Origin: an uncultured Desulfurivibrio sp.
Lineage (GTDB): Bacteria > Desulfobacterota > Desulfobulbia > Desulfobulbales > Desulfurivibrionaceae
Length of the DNA stretch: 64,000 nucleotides
Assembly (NCBI GenBank): GCA_964441875.1
Contig: CAYTVV010000004.1
Span: 394 to 64,393, forward strand
Direction of reading: 5' to 3'
Of the stretch, positions 9,903 to 18,691 are shown in pieces. The translations under genes and the position numbers were made by a program. Each line of letters opens with the position of its first letter. Position 1 is the stretch's first letter. The notes below the pieces were generated by a model, which saw only the letters and a list, made by a program, of their open reading frames with translations, did no database searches and was not told the DNA's origin.

Positions 9903-9935
9903 GTCCCCTTCCTCACGAGGAAGGGGACTTTTTTT
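9903..9935 (+). terminator. Rho-independent terminator of the cytochrome gene
   Basis: Perfect 10-bp stem GTCCCCTTCC/GGAAGGGGAC, 6-nt loop, then T7. Confidence 0.85.
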
Positions 9936-10084
9936 GTGCTTTATTCCCATTGGCACGCAGACGAGCACCGGAGAGGTTGCCTAGAAAGGAGTTTGCACTG
10001 TCTGAGGCATAGCTGAGTTTGCAAACTCCCGCCCACGGCGGGACAAGTGACACAGGGGGCCTTTTCTTCCCCGCTTCGCTGCTG

Positions 10085-10116
10085 GTTCATTTCTTTGGGC
10101 AAGCAAAGAAATGAAC
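10085..10116. other. Perfect 13-bp hairpin between convergent genes
   Basis: GTTCATTTCTTTG-ggcaag-CAAAGAAATGAAC. No U-run on either strand. Confidence 0.5.
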
Positions 10117-10185
10117 ATACTGAGACAAGCAATGGGGAGGATTTTCAGAGCGCTCGGAGGATAGGGGAGGAAAGGCGGGTAATGC

Positions 10186-10560
10186 TTAAGGCAAGGGTTT
10201 CCGGCGGCGCGCCAGAAAAATATACCCATAGATCATCAGGTTCACCACTATCAGGCCCAGGCCAAGCAGGTAACGCAACTCAATGGTGAGGTTCTCAGGA
10301 TAGAGAAAGAGAGCAACGTAATGCTCGATGAACCCTCCCGCATAGCCCGCCTCGCCGCCTTTTTCTCGCAGAAAATTCTCCAGCGGCGTAAGCGGACAGA
10401 CCCAATCCGCCCACTCGATCACCACCCCCCAGAAGACGGCTGCAAGATGCAGCCAAAGCAGGGAAGGGCGGCGCAGCACCAGCAAGCCCCCCAGCACGGT
10501 AAAAAGAGTGAAGGCGAGATGGAGCAGGAGGATACAGTCGGCGGTTATGCGGTAGATCAT
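10186..10560 (-). CDS. DUF2784-like small membrane protein
   Basis: Four hydrophobic segments and a conserved-looking WVCPLTPLEN motif. Confidence 0.5.
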   Translation of the reverse strand: MIYRITADCILLLHLAFTLFTVLGGLLVLRRPSLLWLHLAAVFWGVVIEWADWVCPLTPLENFLREKGGEAGYAGGFIEHYVALFLYPENLTIELRYLLGLGLIVVNLMIYGYIFLARRRKPLP

Positions 10561-10740
10561 CTTGCCTTATTTATAATGTGTTCGCATTCGAAGAACTTTC
10601 AGCCTCTTGATATTATCCGAGATTTGGCAAAAGAGGTTGGATTGGATATTGATTCTTCGAGCAATATTCCATAGTTCTTTAATCCTTTTTTGTCGAGCAG
10701 TTATTTTTGGTTATTGTCCTTGCTGTATCTCCTATGCCAA

Positions 10741-13278
10741 CTACGCAGGATTGTTGCAGAGAAGTTCTTCCATGGCCCTTGAGATTGTGGCAATGTCCAT
10801 GGGTTTCATGAGGAATTTTTGTATGCCGATGGATTTTGCCTTTTTTTCATTCACAATTTCGCTATGCCCCGTAACCATGATGATCGGAAGATTCGGGCGA
10901 ATCGCAAGCATCTTTTGTGCAAGCTCAAAGCCGGTGAAATATGGCATGGTTTGGTCCGTGATCACCAGATCGAATTTTTCCGGGTCTGCACAGAAATGGT
11001 CCAGGGCCTCCCTGCTGTCGGTGAGGGCTACAACATCACAGCCGATCCGTTTCAGGATATGTCTGCCCAGGGCCACATTGAATTCCACATCATCCACAAA
11101 AAGCACCCTGGCGCGTATCCTGGGCAAGGGAGGCTCCGGCTTCTGCTCTTCCTGTTTGGTAACAGTCTCTAGCGCCGGAAAAAATAGGGTGAAGGTCGTC
11201 CCTTCGCCCAATCTGCTCTGCACATGGATAGCCCCGTTGTAGCTGGATATGATGCTATGCACAATGGCAAGTCCCAGGCCGGTGCCTTCGCCTATTTCTT
11301 TGGTGGTGAAATATGGCTCGAAAATCCGCTGCTGGGTTATTTGGTCCATGCCGCAGCCGTTGTCGCTGATCGTGAGCCGCGTATATTTGCCCGGGTTTAA
11401 TTCCGGCAGTTGATCGAGGAGTTCCTTGTCCACCTCAACTTCGTCCAGTTTTACGGCAATGATCCCGCCCTGTTCCCGTAAGGCGTGGTAGGCGTTGGTT
11501 CCCAGGTTCATGACGATCTGGTGGATATGGCTGGAATCGGCCAGTGTCGGAGAGCAGGAAGGCTCAATGTTTTCCCGTAATTCGATGGTGCTGGGCAACG
11601 TTCTTCGTAGCAGCTTCAAGACCTCCTTGATCAGGTATTGTAATTTTAGTGGTTGTTTTTCCACTTCCGTCTGTCTGGTGAAGGTTAAAATCTGCTTTAC
11701 CAGTTCCGCTGCCGATTTCCCTGCTTCGGTAATCGCCAGGGCAAAACCGTACGATTCGCTTTCCTTGGGAAGCGTGTGGGTAAGCAATCCTCCAAAGCCC
11801 AGGATTGCCTGGAGCGTATTGTTGAAATCATGGGCAATGCCCCCGGCCATGGTGCCGATGGCCTCCATCTTCTGGGCTTGGCGGAGCTGGCCTTGCAAGG
11901 CCAGCCGTTCTTTTTCGTCCTGTACACGTTTGGAGATATCAAGAAAACTTTCCAGGAGATACTTGCGGCCGTTAAGTTCGAGTCGCACCACGGATTTCAG
12001 GATCGGCAGCTCTTCGCCGTTTGCTTTGAGGAGAAGTTTTTCGGAGTTGTCGATATCCTGACCCATATCCAGAATAGGACATTGTTCTTTATCCGCCGGA
12101 CAAATGAACCTGTGGCAGGTATGGCCAATAATTTTTTTTGGAGGAAGGCCGATCAATTTGGCCGCAGCTGTGTTGACATCCAGAATTTCTTTGGTCTCCT
12201 GGTTGATGAGGAGTATGCCGGTCTGAACCGTATCAAAGATGCATTTTAACCGTGTTTCGCTGGAGGCAAGGGATTTGGCAGATTTTGCATGTTTTATCTT
12301 TGTGCGTAGCGCCCAAATTCCATAAGAAAGGTCTTCGGAAAGTTCGGAAAGGAGCTGCACTTCATCGGCGTTGAAGGACTCAATTTCTTCCGCATAGATA
12401 TTGAGGGTTCCGAAAACTTTATGTTCTGAAAACAGGGGCAGCGCGATGGAAGAGAGATACCCGTAGCGTAAGGCGATATCTTTCCATGTCTCCCCGTATG
12501 GGGAGGTAAAGGTATTATTGTTGATAACGATTTTCCCGGTTCGGAGGGCCACCCCAGCCGGTTTCTGCCCGCATTCTTTCGTGGCGGACCAGCAAATCTT
12601 CAAATCGTGCAAAAAATTGAGGTTTTTGCCTTCCTTGGCGGCAACCCGCATGGATTTTTCTTCATCCTCCCTGGCATACCCTACCCAGGCCAGGGCATAC
12701 CCTCCTTGTTTCACAAGGATATGACAGATGTTTTCCAGCAGCCCCTGTTCCGTTGTTGACCGTACGAGGGACTGGTTGCACAGGCTGAGGGTTTTGTAGG
12801 CGCGGTTGGCCTTGGCTATTTTTTCCACCGCGTTTCTCTGTCCGGTAATATCGGTTACCAGTGCGTCATAGGCGAGGAGGGTGCTATCTTCCGCAAAGCA
12901 GGGGACAGTCGTGTTTTTGACCCAGCGGACAGAGCCGTCTTTATGAATGATCCGGTGTTCTATTGGCGGGATTGCCGAGCCGGTCAGGAGTTTGTCGAGA
13001 TATGTCATGACCCTCTCCCGGTCTTTTTCGTGGATCATCTCATACCAAAGAAAGGGGGATTTTTCGTATTCCTCCGGGATATAGCCGGTTATGGCAAAAC
13101 TTCTGGGAGAGTGCAGAGTCTCGACGGGTTTTCCGTCCTGATAGCGTACTGTGTAGGTGTAATCTGTTGCCGCCTCCAGGAGTTTCTGATAGCGCAAATT
13201 TCTCTGTTGATGATCATGAAGTGAACTGTAAAGATCGAGAGCAAATGTTGATCCCCGGTCGTCTTTCTGGTCTATCAT
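10741..13278 (-). CDS. Hybrid sensor histidine kinase (PAS-GAF-PAS-HisKA-HATPase-REC)
   Basis: I place the start at MIDQKDD (ATG 13276-13278, AGGAGA SD). H-box GGIAHDFNNTLQ, G-box GEGTGLGLAIV, C-terminal receiver VLFVDDVE...DLVITD. Confidence 0.85.
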   Translation of the reverse strand: MIDQKDDRGSTFALDLYSSLHDHQQRNLRYQKLLEAATDYTYTVRYQDGKPVETLHSPRSFAITGYIPEEYEKSPFLWYEMIHEKDRERVMTYLDKLLTGSAIPPIEHRIIHKDGSVRWVKNTTVPCFAEDSTLLAYDALVTDITGQRNAVEKIAKANRAYKTLSLCNQSLVRSTTEQGLLENICHILVKQGGYALAWVGYAREDEEKSMRVAAKEGKNLNFLHDLKICWSATKECGQKPAGVALRTGKIVINNNTFTSPYGETWKDIALRYGYLSSIALPLFSEHKVFGTLNIYAEEIESFNADEVQLLSELSEDLSYGIWALRTKIKHAKSAKSLASSETRLKCIFDTVQTGILLINQETKEILDVNTAAAKLIGLPPKKIIGHTCHRFICPADKEQCPILDMGQDIDNSEKLLLKANGEELPILKSVVRLELNGRKYLLESFLDISKRVQDEKERLALQGQLRQAQKMEAIGTMAGGIAHDFNNTLQAILGFGGLLTHTLPKESESYGFALAITEAGKSAAELVKQILTFTRQTEVEKQPLKLQYLIKEVLKLLRRTLPSTIELRENIEPSCSPTLADSSHIHQIVMNLGTNAYHALREQGGIIAVKLDEVEVDKELLDQLPELNPGKYTRLTISDNGCGMDQITQQRIFEPYFTTKEIGEGTGLGLAIVHSIISSYNGAIHVQSRLGEGTTFTLFFPALETVTKQEEQKPEPPLPRIRARVLFVDDVEFNVALGRHILKRIGCDVVALTDSREALDHFCADPEKFDLVITDQTMPYFTGFELAQKMLAIRPNLPIIMVTGHSEIVNEKKAKSIGIQKFLMKPMDIATISRAMEELLCNNPA

Positions 13279-13368
13279 TGGTCGCTCTCCTGTCGTATTT
13301 GCCGGTCGATACACGCAAAACAGTAGTGCGTTGCACACGAAAAACCATCCATGGGTATTGCCGGTTTG

Positions 13369-13809
13369 TCAGCCGAAGCATTCTTCCAGGCCGACAAACT
13401 GCAGGGCATTGGCCGGAAGGCCTATCTCCCCGAGGATTTCCTGATGTTCCGGGCCAAGACAGAGGCTGACCTGATGCAGCAGTTCGCTTGCCAGGAAAGG
13501 CTTGGCCAAAAAGCTGTCCGCTCCGCATTTAAACGCCATGTCGATTGTTTCGTATACAATGTCACCGGAAGAGAGAATCACCTTTGTTTTTGGCTGCATG
13601 GCCTTGCAGGCAGCGAGAACGGCAAAGCCGTCCTTGCCATCCATGTGGAGATCACAAAGAGCCAGGTCAAAGCGGTGAAGTTTCAGAAAAGAGAATGCTT
13701 CGTCGCCGCTGTTTGCCGTGGTTACCGTATAGCCGTTTGCCATCAGGATGCGGCTGATGATTCTCATCAGCAGAGTGTTGTCGTCAATCACAAGGACATG
13801 CTGCTTCAT
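13369..13809 (-). CDS. Single-domain response regulator (CheY-like receiver)
   Basis: VLVIDDN...DLALCDLHMDGKDG...KVILSSG...AKPF. ATG at 13809 lies 8 nt after GAGAGG. Confidence 0.8.
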   Translation of the reverse strand: MKQHVLVIDDNTLLMRIISRILMANGYTVTTANSGDEAFSFLKLHRFDLALCDLHMDGKDGFAVLAACKAMQPKTKVILSSGDIVYETIDMAFKCGADSFLAKPFLASELLHQVSLCLGPEHQEILGEIGLPANALQFVGLEECFG

Positions 13810-13902
13810 AATATGCACCTCTCGACCGCATAAGTTATTTTGTGGAGACTTTTTCCGGGAGGGCGGGGCATTGTGCCCCGCCCTTGATTTCCCCGGGTTA
13901 GG

Positions 13903-14454
13903 TCAGACTGCCGCAGCAACACTCTCTGTTGCCTGTGTTGCCGTTCTTTCTGTCAGGGCCGTGTTTAGATCAAGGCAGAGGCGGAGATCTTCACCTCCCT
14001 GGGAAAGGACCTTGTCGATATTCAGGATGACAAGAAATTTATCACCCTGTCTGCCCATGCCATTGATGAAGTCGGTGTTGATATCTGTTCCCATCCGCGG
14101 TACTTCTTCGATTTCCGAGGTCTGCAGATCCAGCACCATCTGCACCGAGTCCGCCACGGTGCCCATTGCAACAATTGCTTCGTCGATCGTGGTTTCCACG
14201 ATCATCACACAGGTGTTCTTGGTCGGGACAACAGGTTCCATGCCCAGTCGGCATCCCAAATCCAGCACCGGCACCACATTGCCGCGCAGATTGATGACCC
14301 CGCTGATGAAAGAGGGCATCTGGGGAATCTTGGTCATGGTAGTTACGTCCAGCACCTCGCGCACCTTGGCGATGTCGATGGCAAAATCCTCATCGCGCAG
14401 GGTGAAGGTCAGATACTGATTGCTTTTGTTTTCATCGGGATTTAATGCGGTCAT
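13903..14454 (-). CDS. cheW: Chemotaxis coupling protein CheW
   Basis: YLTFTLRDEDFAIDIAKVREV...GVINLRGNVVPVLDL...FLVILNIDKVL. I place the start at MTALNPDE with an AAGGAG SD. Confidence 0.85.
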   Translation of the reverse strand: MTALNPDENKSNQYLTFTLRDEDFAIDIAKVREVLDVTTMTKIPQMPSFISGVINLRGNVVPVLDLGCRLGMEPVVPTKNTCVMIVETTIDEAIVAMGTVADSVQMVLDLQTSEIEEVPRMGTDINTDFINGMGRQGDKFLVILNIDKVLSQGGEDLRLCLDLNTALTERTATQATESVAAAV

Positions 14455-14513
14455 GATTTTCTCCTTTGCAGGGAAGAAAGCAACGCCCCGTTTATATGCT
14501 GCGCTCAATTGGT

Positions 14514-17354
14514 TTAATACCGGACAAATTCGGCATCAGACACCGTTTCCTGCATGGCCACTTGAAAACCGGCGTTGGCCTTACCCTTATCTTCATCAAC
14601 AACTTGACGGGCGAGGAGCACCGCTCCGGTTTCCTGGAACTTGGGCAGCCCCTTTTTCACTACCTTCAAGCGGGCAGCCCCAGGTCGGCTTTCCATTTGT
14701 GGGCGGGCAGCAGGCTGTGCCTTTGCCGCGCTGCGGTCTGTCTTGAAAAATCCTGCGGTTTCCATGAGCTGCGCCCCCTGGCTGGACAATTCTTCGCTGG
14801 TGGAGGCCATCTCCTCGCTTGCTGCGGCGTTCTGCTGGATCACCTGATCAAGCTGTTCAATGGCCTTGGCGTTCTGGGCGATACCCTGGGCCTGCTCACT
14901 GGCCGAGGCATTGATTTCCGAAACCAGATCCGCAGTTTTTTGGATTTCCGGAACCATTTTTGCGATAAGCGTTCCTGCTTTTTCCGCGATCTCGACACTT
15001 GAGCCCGCCAGGCTGCCGATATCTTTGGCCGCATTCTGGCTTCTTTCTGCAAGTTTGCGCACCTCGGCGGCAACCACGGCAAAGCCCTTGCCGTGTTCAC
15101 CGGCCCGGGCCGCCTCGATGGCGGCGTTTAAGGCCAGCATGTTTGTCTGCCGGGAAATTTCCTCGATAATCAGGATATTTTCCGCGATATTTCGCATGGC
15201 GGCAACGGTTTCGACCATGGCCTCGCCGCCCTCCTTGGCGTCGGCGGCAACCTTGGTTGCTATTGTCGTGGTCTCCCGGGCATTGTCAGCCGTATGCGCT
15301 ACGGTGCTGCTCATCTCCTCCATGGCGCTGGAAATTTCTTCTATAGAGGCTGCCGCCTGGGTTCCGCCTTGGCTCATGCTCGCGGCGGAAGAGCTTATCT
15401 GCTGACTGCCGGCGGCAACCTGTTCTGCCGCCTCCTGGCAATGGAGAGCGAAATTGGAGAGGTTATCAACCATGGAGTTCAGGTTGTTCTTGATCTCGTT
15501 GAAGTCGCCGTTGTAGCTGTCCGTGATTTTTGGCGGGATATCGCCCTTGCTAATACGGTCCACGTACTCGGCGGCCACGTTCAAGGGGCCGATCACTGCG
15601 TCCAGGGTATTGTTGACCCCTTCCACAACCTTGCGAAAATCGCCCTGGTGCTTGGTGGCATCGGCCCGGGTCGCAAGTTCGCCTTCCGCTGCCGCCTTCA
15701 CCAGCATCCCGGCGTCGGATACTAGGCCGTTGACGGCGTCGAGGCAAGTGTTGTACGAATCAGCAATGGTCTGGAAAGTATTGCGTACTGCCGCAGTCTC
15801 GGCGTCTCCCGCAGCAGGCGTGATGGTGCTGGTGGTTTCTCCGAGAGAAAGTTTTGTGAGGCAGTTGACAACTTTTTCTGTTTCGGCGTTTTGATAGTCG
15901 GCAATCTTTTGCGCCAGCCGGGCAGCCTTCTTAATAGCGGTCTGGTCGGAAACCACCTCAAAGGCGCCGATAACCTTGCCCGCTTCATCGCGGAGTGGTG
16001 TTCCGCTGTAGGCGATATCCAGATCAACGCCGGCAGCCGGATGGGCGTCGGTTTCGCTGTTGGCAATGCGTCCGTCCCTCATGGCCTGGCCACAGGCGCA
16101 TCTGTCTGTTCTACAGTCGGAGGTCTTGAAATGATCGTAGCACTTGCTACCGATCAGCTGGGCCTGGGTCTTGCCGCCTGCCTTGGCGCCCAGTTCGTTC
16201 ATGTACTGAATGGTGAAGTCGTTGTCGATGATCATTGCCGGGGCCGGCATGACATCCAGCAAGCCGACCAACCGGGAGATGGTGTTATTGACCCCCTCCA
16301 CGATCTTATGGAAATCCCCCCGGTGCTTGGAGGTGTCGGCCCGGGTGGCGAGCCTGCCTTCCACTGCCGCCTGGGAGAGCATCGAGGCGTCGGCAACCAG
16401 GCTGTTCACTGCGTCGATGCAGCCGTTGAGGTTGTTCTTGATCTCATTGAAATCGCCGTTGTACGAGTCGGTGATCTTGGGTGGAATGTCGCCCTTGCTG
16501 ATCCTGTCCACATATTCGCCGGCCACGTTCAAGGGGCCGATGACCGCATCCAGGGTCTGGTTGACCCCTTCCACGATCCCGCGGAACTCGAAATTGATCT
16601 TCTCCACATCGCCGCGGGTGGCCAGTTGTCCCTTCACCGCCGCCTCGGTCAGGCGGCTGGACTCGTCAAGCAGCGACTTGAGGATGGCGCCGATGTTGCC
16701 CTTGAGATAAAAACCGATGGCCAGAGCCAGCCCGATCACCGTAATGACAACGACGATCATGCTCTTTTTGATCAGGCCGGATCGGGTCTCGGCCGCCAGG
16801 GCGGCATCTTCCGCGACTTTTTGATTGATATCCACAATCTTGTGCAGCAGGTTTTCGGCGGTACGGAAGGTTACCCCGGAAACCTCCAGCGCGTGGTGGC
16901 TCAGCTGTTTGTAGGCCGCGCTTTCGTTCCCGGCGCGGTAAGCCTGGCTCAGGCGGATGGTTTCCAGGGCATCTTTTTTCCATGCCCCCCAAGCCGGGAC
17001 GAACTCTTTCCAGAGTGCCGCCTCTTCCGTGGTCTGGGGGAGCGGTTCATATATTTTCCAGGCTTGCTCCGCCTTTGCCAGTTCGTCGGTAATATGCTTA
17101 TACTCACGCTCGGCTCTGGCCATCGGCAGATCGGGAGTGTTCAAGGTCCGCTCCGCCGCCTTGACCGCGGTCTGTGCCTGTTGGATGATCAGCAGGTTCT
17201 GGATACTCGGCAGACGAACCACGGAGATCTCCTCCTGAAATCCCATGAGCTGGTTGATGCCGTAGTAGCCGAAGATGCCCATGGCTGCGGAAATAACGGT
17301 TACCAGACAGAAGCCGGAGATGATTTTTTGTCCTAGTCTCATGGTCTTGAACAT
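14514..17354 (-). CDS. Methyl-accepting chemotaxis protein with repeated HAMP-type modules and an internal Cys-rich PAS-like domain
   Basis: N-terminal TM, ligand-binding region, second TM. Repeated ...[61 protein letters not shown] units. Conserved signalling hairpin [41 protein letters not shown]. Confidence 0.85.
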   Translation of the reverse strand: MFKTMRLGQKIISGFCLVTVISAAMGIFGYYGINQLMGFQEEISVVRLPSIQNLLIIQQAQTAVKAAERTLNTPDLPMARAEREYKHITDELAKAEQAWKIYEPLPQTTEEAALWKEFVPAWGAWKKDALETIRLSQAYRAGNESAAYKQLSHHALEVSGVTFRTAENLLHKIVDINQKVAEDAALAAETRSGLIKKSMIVVVITVIGLALAIGFYLKGNIGAILKSLLDESSRLTEAAVKGQLATRGDVEKINFEFRGIVEGVNQTLDAVIGPLNVAGEYVDRISKGDIPPKITDSYNGDFNEIKNNLNGCIDAVNSLVADASMLSQAAVEGRLATRADTSKHRGDFHKIVEGVNNTISRLVGLLDVMPAPAMIIDNDFTIQYMNELGAKAGGKTQAQLIGSKCYDHFKTSDCRTDRCACGQAMRDGRIANSETDAHPAAGVDLDIAYSGTPLRDEAGKVIGAFEVVSDQTAIKKAARLAQKIADYQNAETEKVVNCLTKLSLGETTSTITPAAGDAETAAVRNTFQTIADSYNTCLDAVNGLVSDAGMLVKAAAEGELATRADATKHQGDFRKVVEGVNNTLDAVIGPLNVAAEYVDRISKGDIPPKITDSYNGDFNEIKNNLNSMVDNLSNFALHCQEAAEQVAAGSQQISSSAASMSQGGTQAAASIEEISSAMEEMSSTVAHTADNARETTTIATKVAADAKEGGEAMVETVAAMRNIAENILIIEEISRQTNMLALNAAIEAARAGEHGKGFAVVAAEVRKLAERSQNAAKDIGSLAGSSVEIAEKAGTLIAKMVPEIQKTADLVSEINASASEQAQGIAQNAKAIEQLDQVIQQNAAASEEMASTSEELSSQGAQLMETAGFFKTDRSAAKAQPAARPQMESRPGAARLKVVKKGLPKFQETGAVLLARQVVDEDKGKANAGFQVAMQETVSDAEFVRY

Positions 17355-17433
17355 GGCGGATACCCTCTCTTTTTAGTGAAGTAGCAGACTGTGATGAACG
17401 TGAAGTCGCTCCACAACGGCCCACGATACCTCC

Positions 17434-18042
17434 TTATGGCTCTGTTTTTTTGTAGACCTGGGCGTCAGGTACCACCTGGGTGAACAGACCGGCCACCTCA
17501 CCGGGCAGCTTTTGGGTGTTCTCCGTGGTCAGATATCCACCAGGCGCCAAGGCCCGGTGAAACATTTTGAACACCTCCACCCGTTCCTTGGGTTGAAAAT
17601 GCAGGAGCACGTTCTTACAGACCACCAGGCAGTAGTCATTCTCCGCCGGCGTCAGCGAGAGCAGATCATGGTAGCGGAACCGCACCCGGCTGCGCAGCTC
17701 ATCCCGCACCCGGTAATGCCCCGGTTTTGCGGCAGGCTCGAAATATTTGCCCAGCAGGTTCGCAGGCGTACGCTTCAGCTCATCGCCGTGATAGATCGCC
17801 TCGCTGACCACCTCGCCGAAGCGATTGGCGCTGTCATGGTCGGTGGCATCGATCCGCACGTTCTTGAAGCCGAAGCGGTTCATCCGTTCGGCCAGGATCA
17901 TGGCCAGGGTATAGGTCTCTTGCCCCAGGGCGCAGCCTGCATCCCAGATCTTGATTTTGCTCCTGCCGCTGGCGTAGGGGATCATCTGGTCGACTGCGTG
18001 CTCCAGGGTGGGCTGATCGCGCATGAAGAAGGTGAAAGCCAT
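17434..18042 (-). CDS. CheR-type SAM-dependent methyltransferase, short form lacking the N-terminal helical domain
   Basis: I place the start at MAFTFFMRD (AAGGAG SD). TFFMRD, IWDAGCALGQETYTLAM, VVCKNVLLHF. Confidence 0.7.
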   Translation of the reverse strand: MAFTFFMRDQPTLEHAVDQMIPYASGRSKIKIWDAGCALGQETYTLAMILAERMNRFGFKNVRIDATDHDSANRFGEVVSEAIYHGDELKRTPANLLGKYFEPAAKPGHYRVRDELRSRVRFRYHDLLSLTPAENDYCLVVCKNVLLHFQPKERVEVFKMFHRALAPGGYLTTENTQKLPGEVAGLFTQVVPDAQVYKKTEP

Positions 18043-18053
18043 GGTAGCGCTCC

Positions 18054-18371
18054 TTATGGCCGGCCCACGGCCGCCTGGTGACATAACGGGGCAACCGTCC
18101 GCTGTGTTGCCGGGTCGACCGATATTCCCCGGCAGGCCTTGATCACCTGCTGCATCCGATTCCGGTAACATGCCTCATGGGTTTTGCGGACATTCTCCCG
18201 GCAGCTGGGGTGGCCGGCCATCTGCTCGGCCAGTTGGAATTTCAGCTCCAGGCTGCGCAGCTTGCGGATATCGAGGAAGGGGCAATCCTGGGTTGCCTCG
18301 CGAAAGGGGCATTTGATGAACAATCCGAAAAGGCGCATGGTAAGGAGATACTGCTGATTGTCGGAATGCAT
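18054..18371 (-). CDS. Small (105 aa) six-cysteine protein of unknown function, first gene of the chemosensory-like operon
   Basis: I place the start at MHSDNQQ (GGAGG SD). Duplicated CPF motif (KCPF...DCPF) plus four more Cys. The stop lies 11 nt from the CheR-like start. Confidence 0.45.
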   Translation of the reverse strand: MHSDNQQYLLTMRLFGLFIKCPFREATQDCPFLDIRKLRSLELKFQLAEQMAGHPSCRENVRKTHEACYRNRMQQVIKACRGISVDPATQRTVAPLCHQAAVGRP

Positions 18372-18691
18372 TTGCCCTCCTCCATGTAAGTGGCTCTGGG
18401 TTAATATTGTTAATTTTTTTTGGTGAATAAACGGGGCTGGGTTTTGCCTATGAGTTGATTCTAGAGAAAGACGACAACATAAAGCCATACGAGGGAATAC
18501 GTATTACTGCTAGGGGAAAATTGCAGGGATGATAAGTGGTAAACGAATACGTTGTTTTTAACTTCTTGTCTTCTTTATCAATCTTGCTGCTTAAATCTCA
18601 TTGACAGCGTGATTTTTATTCTTCATCATTTTGTTATGATACCAACGGAAATGGTGTCCCAGTTTCCATTTTTGGTTACGTGAGGATGTTT

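Noticed and set aside
18601-18640. TTGACA at 18601 as the promoter for the PAS kinase gene
   Set aside because: No acceptable -10 hexamer lies at 16-19-nt spacing (TATGAT is 28 nt away), so I cannot support a call. GAATACGT occurs twice (at about 18494 and 18544), but that is too short to interpret.
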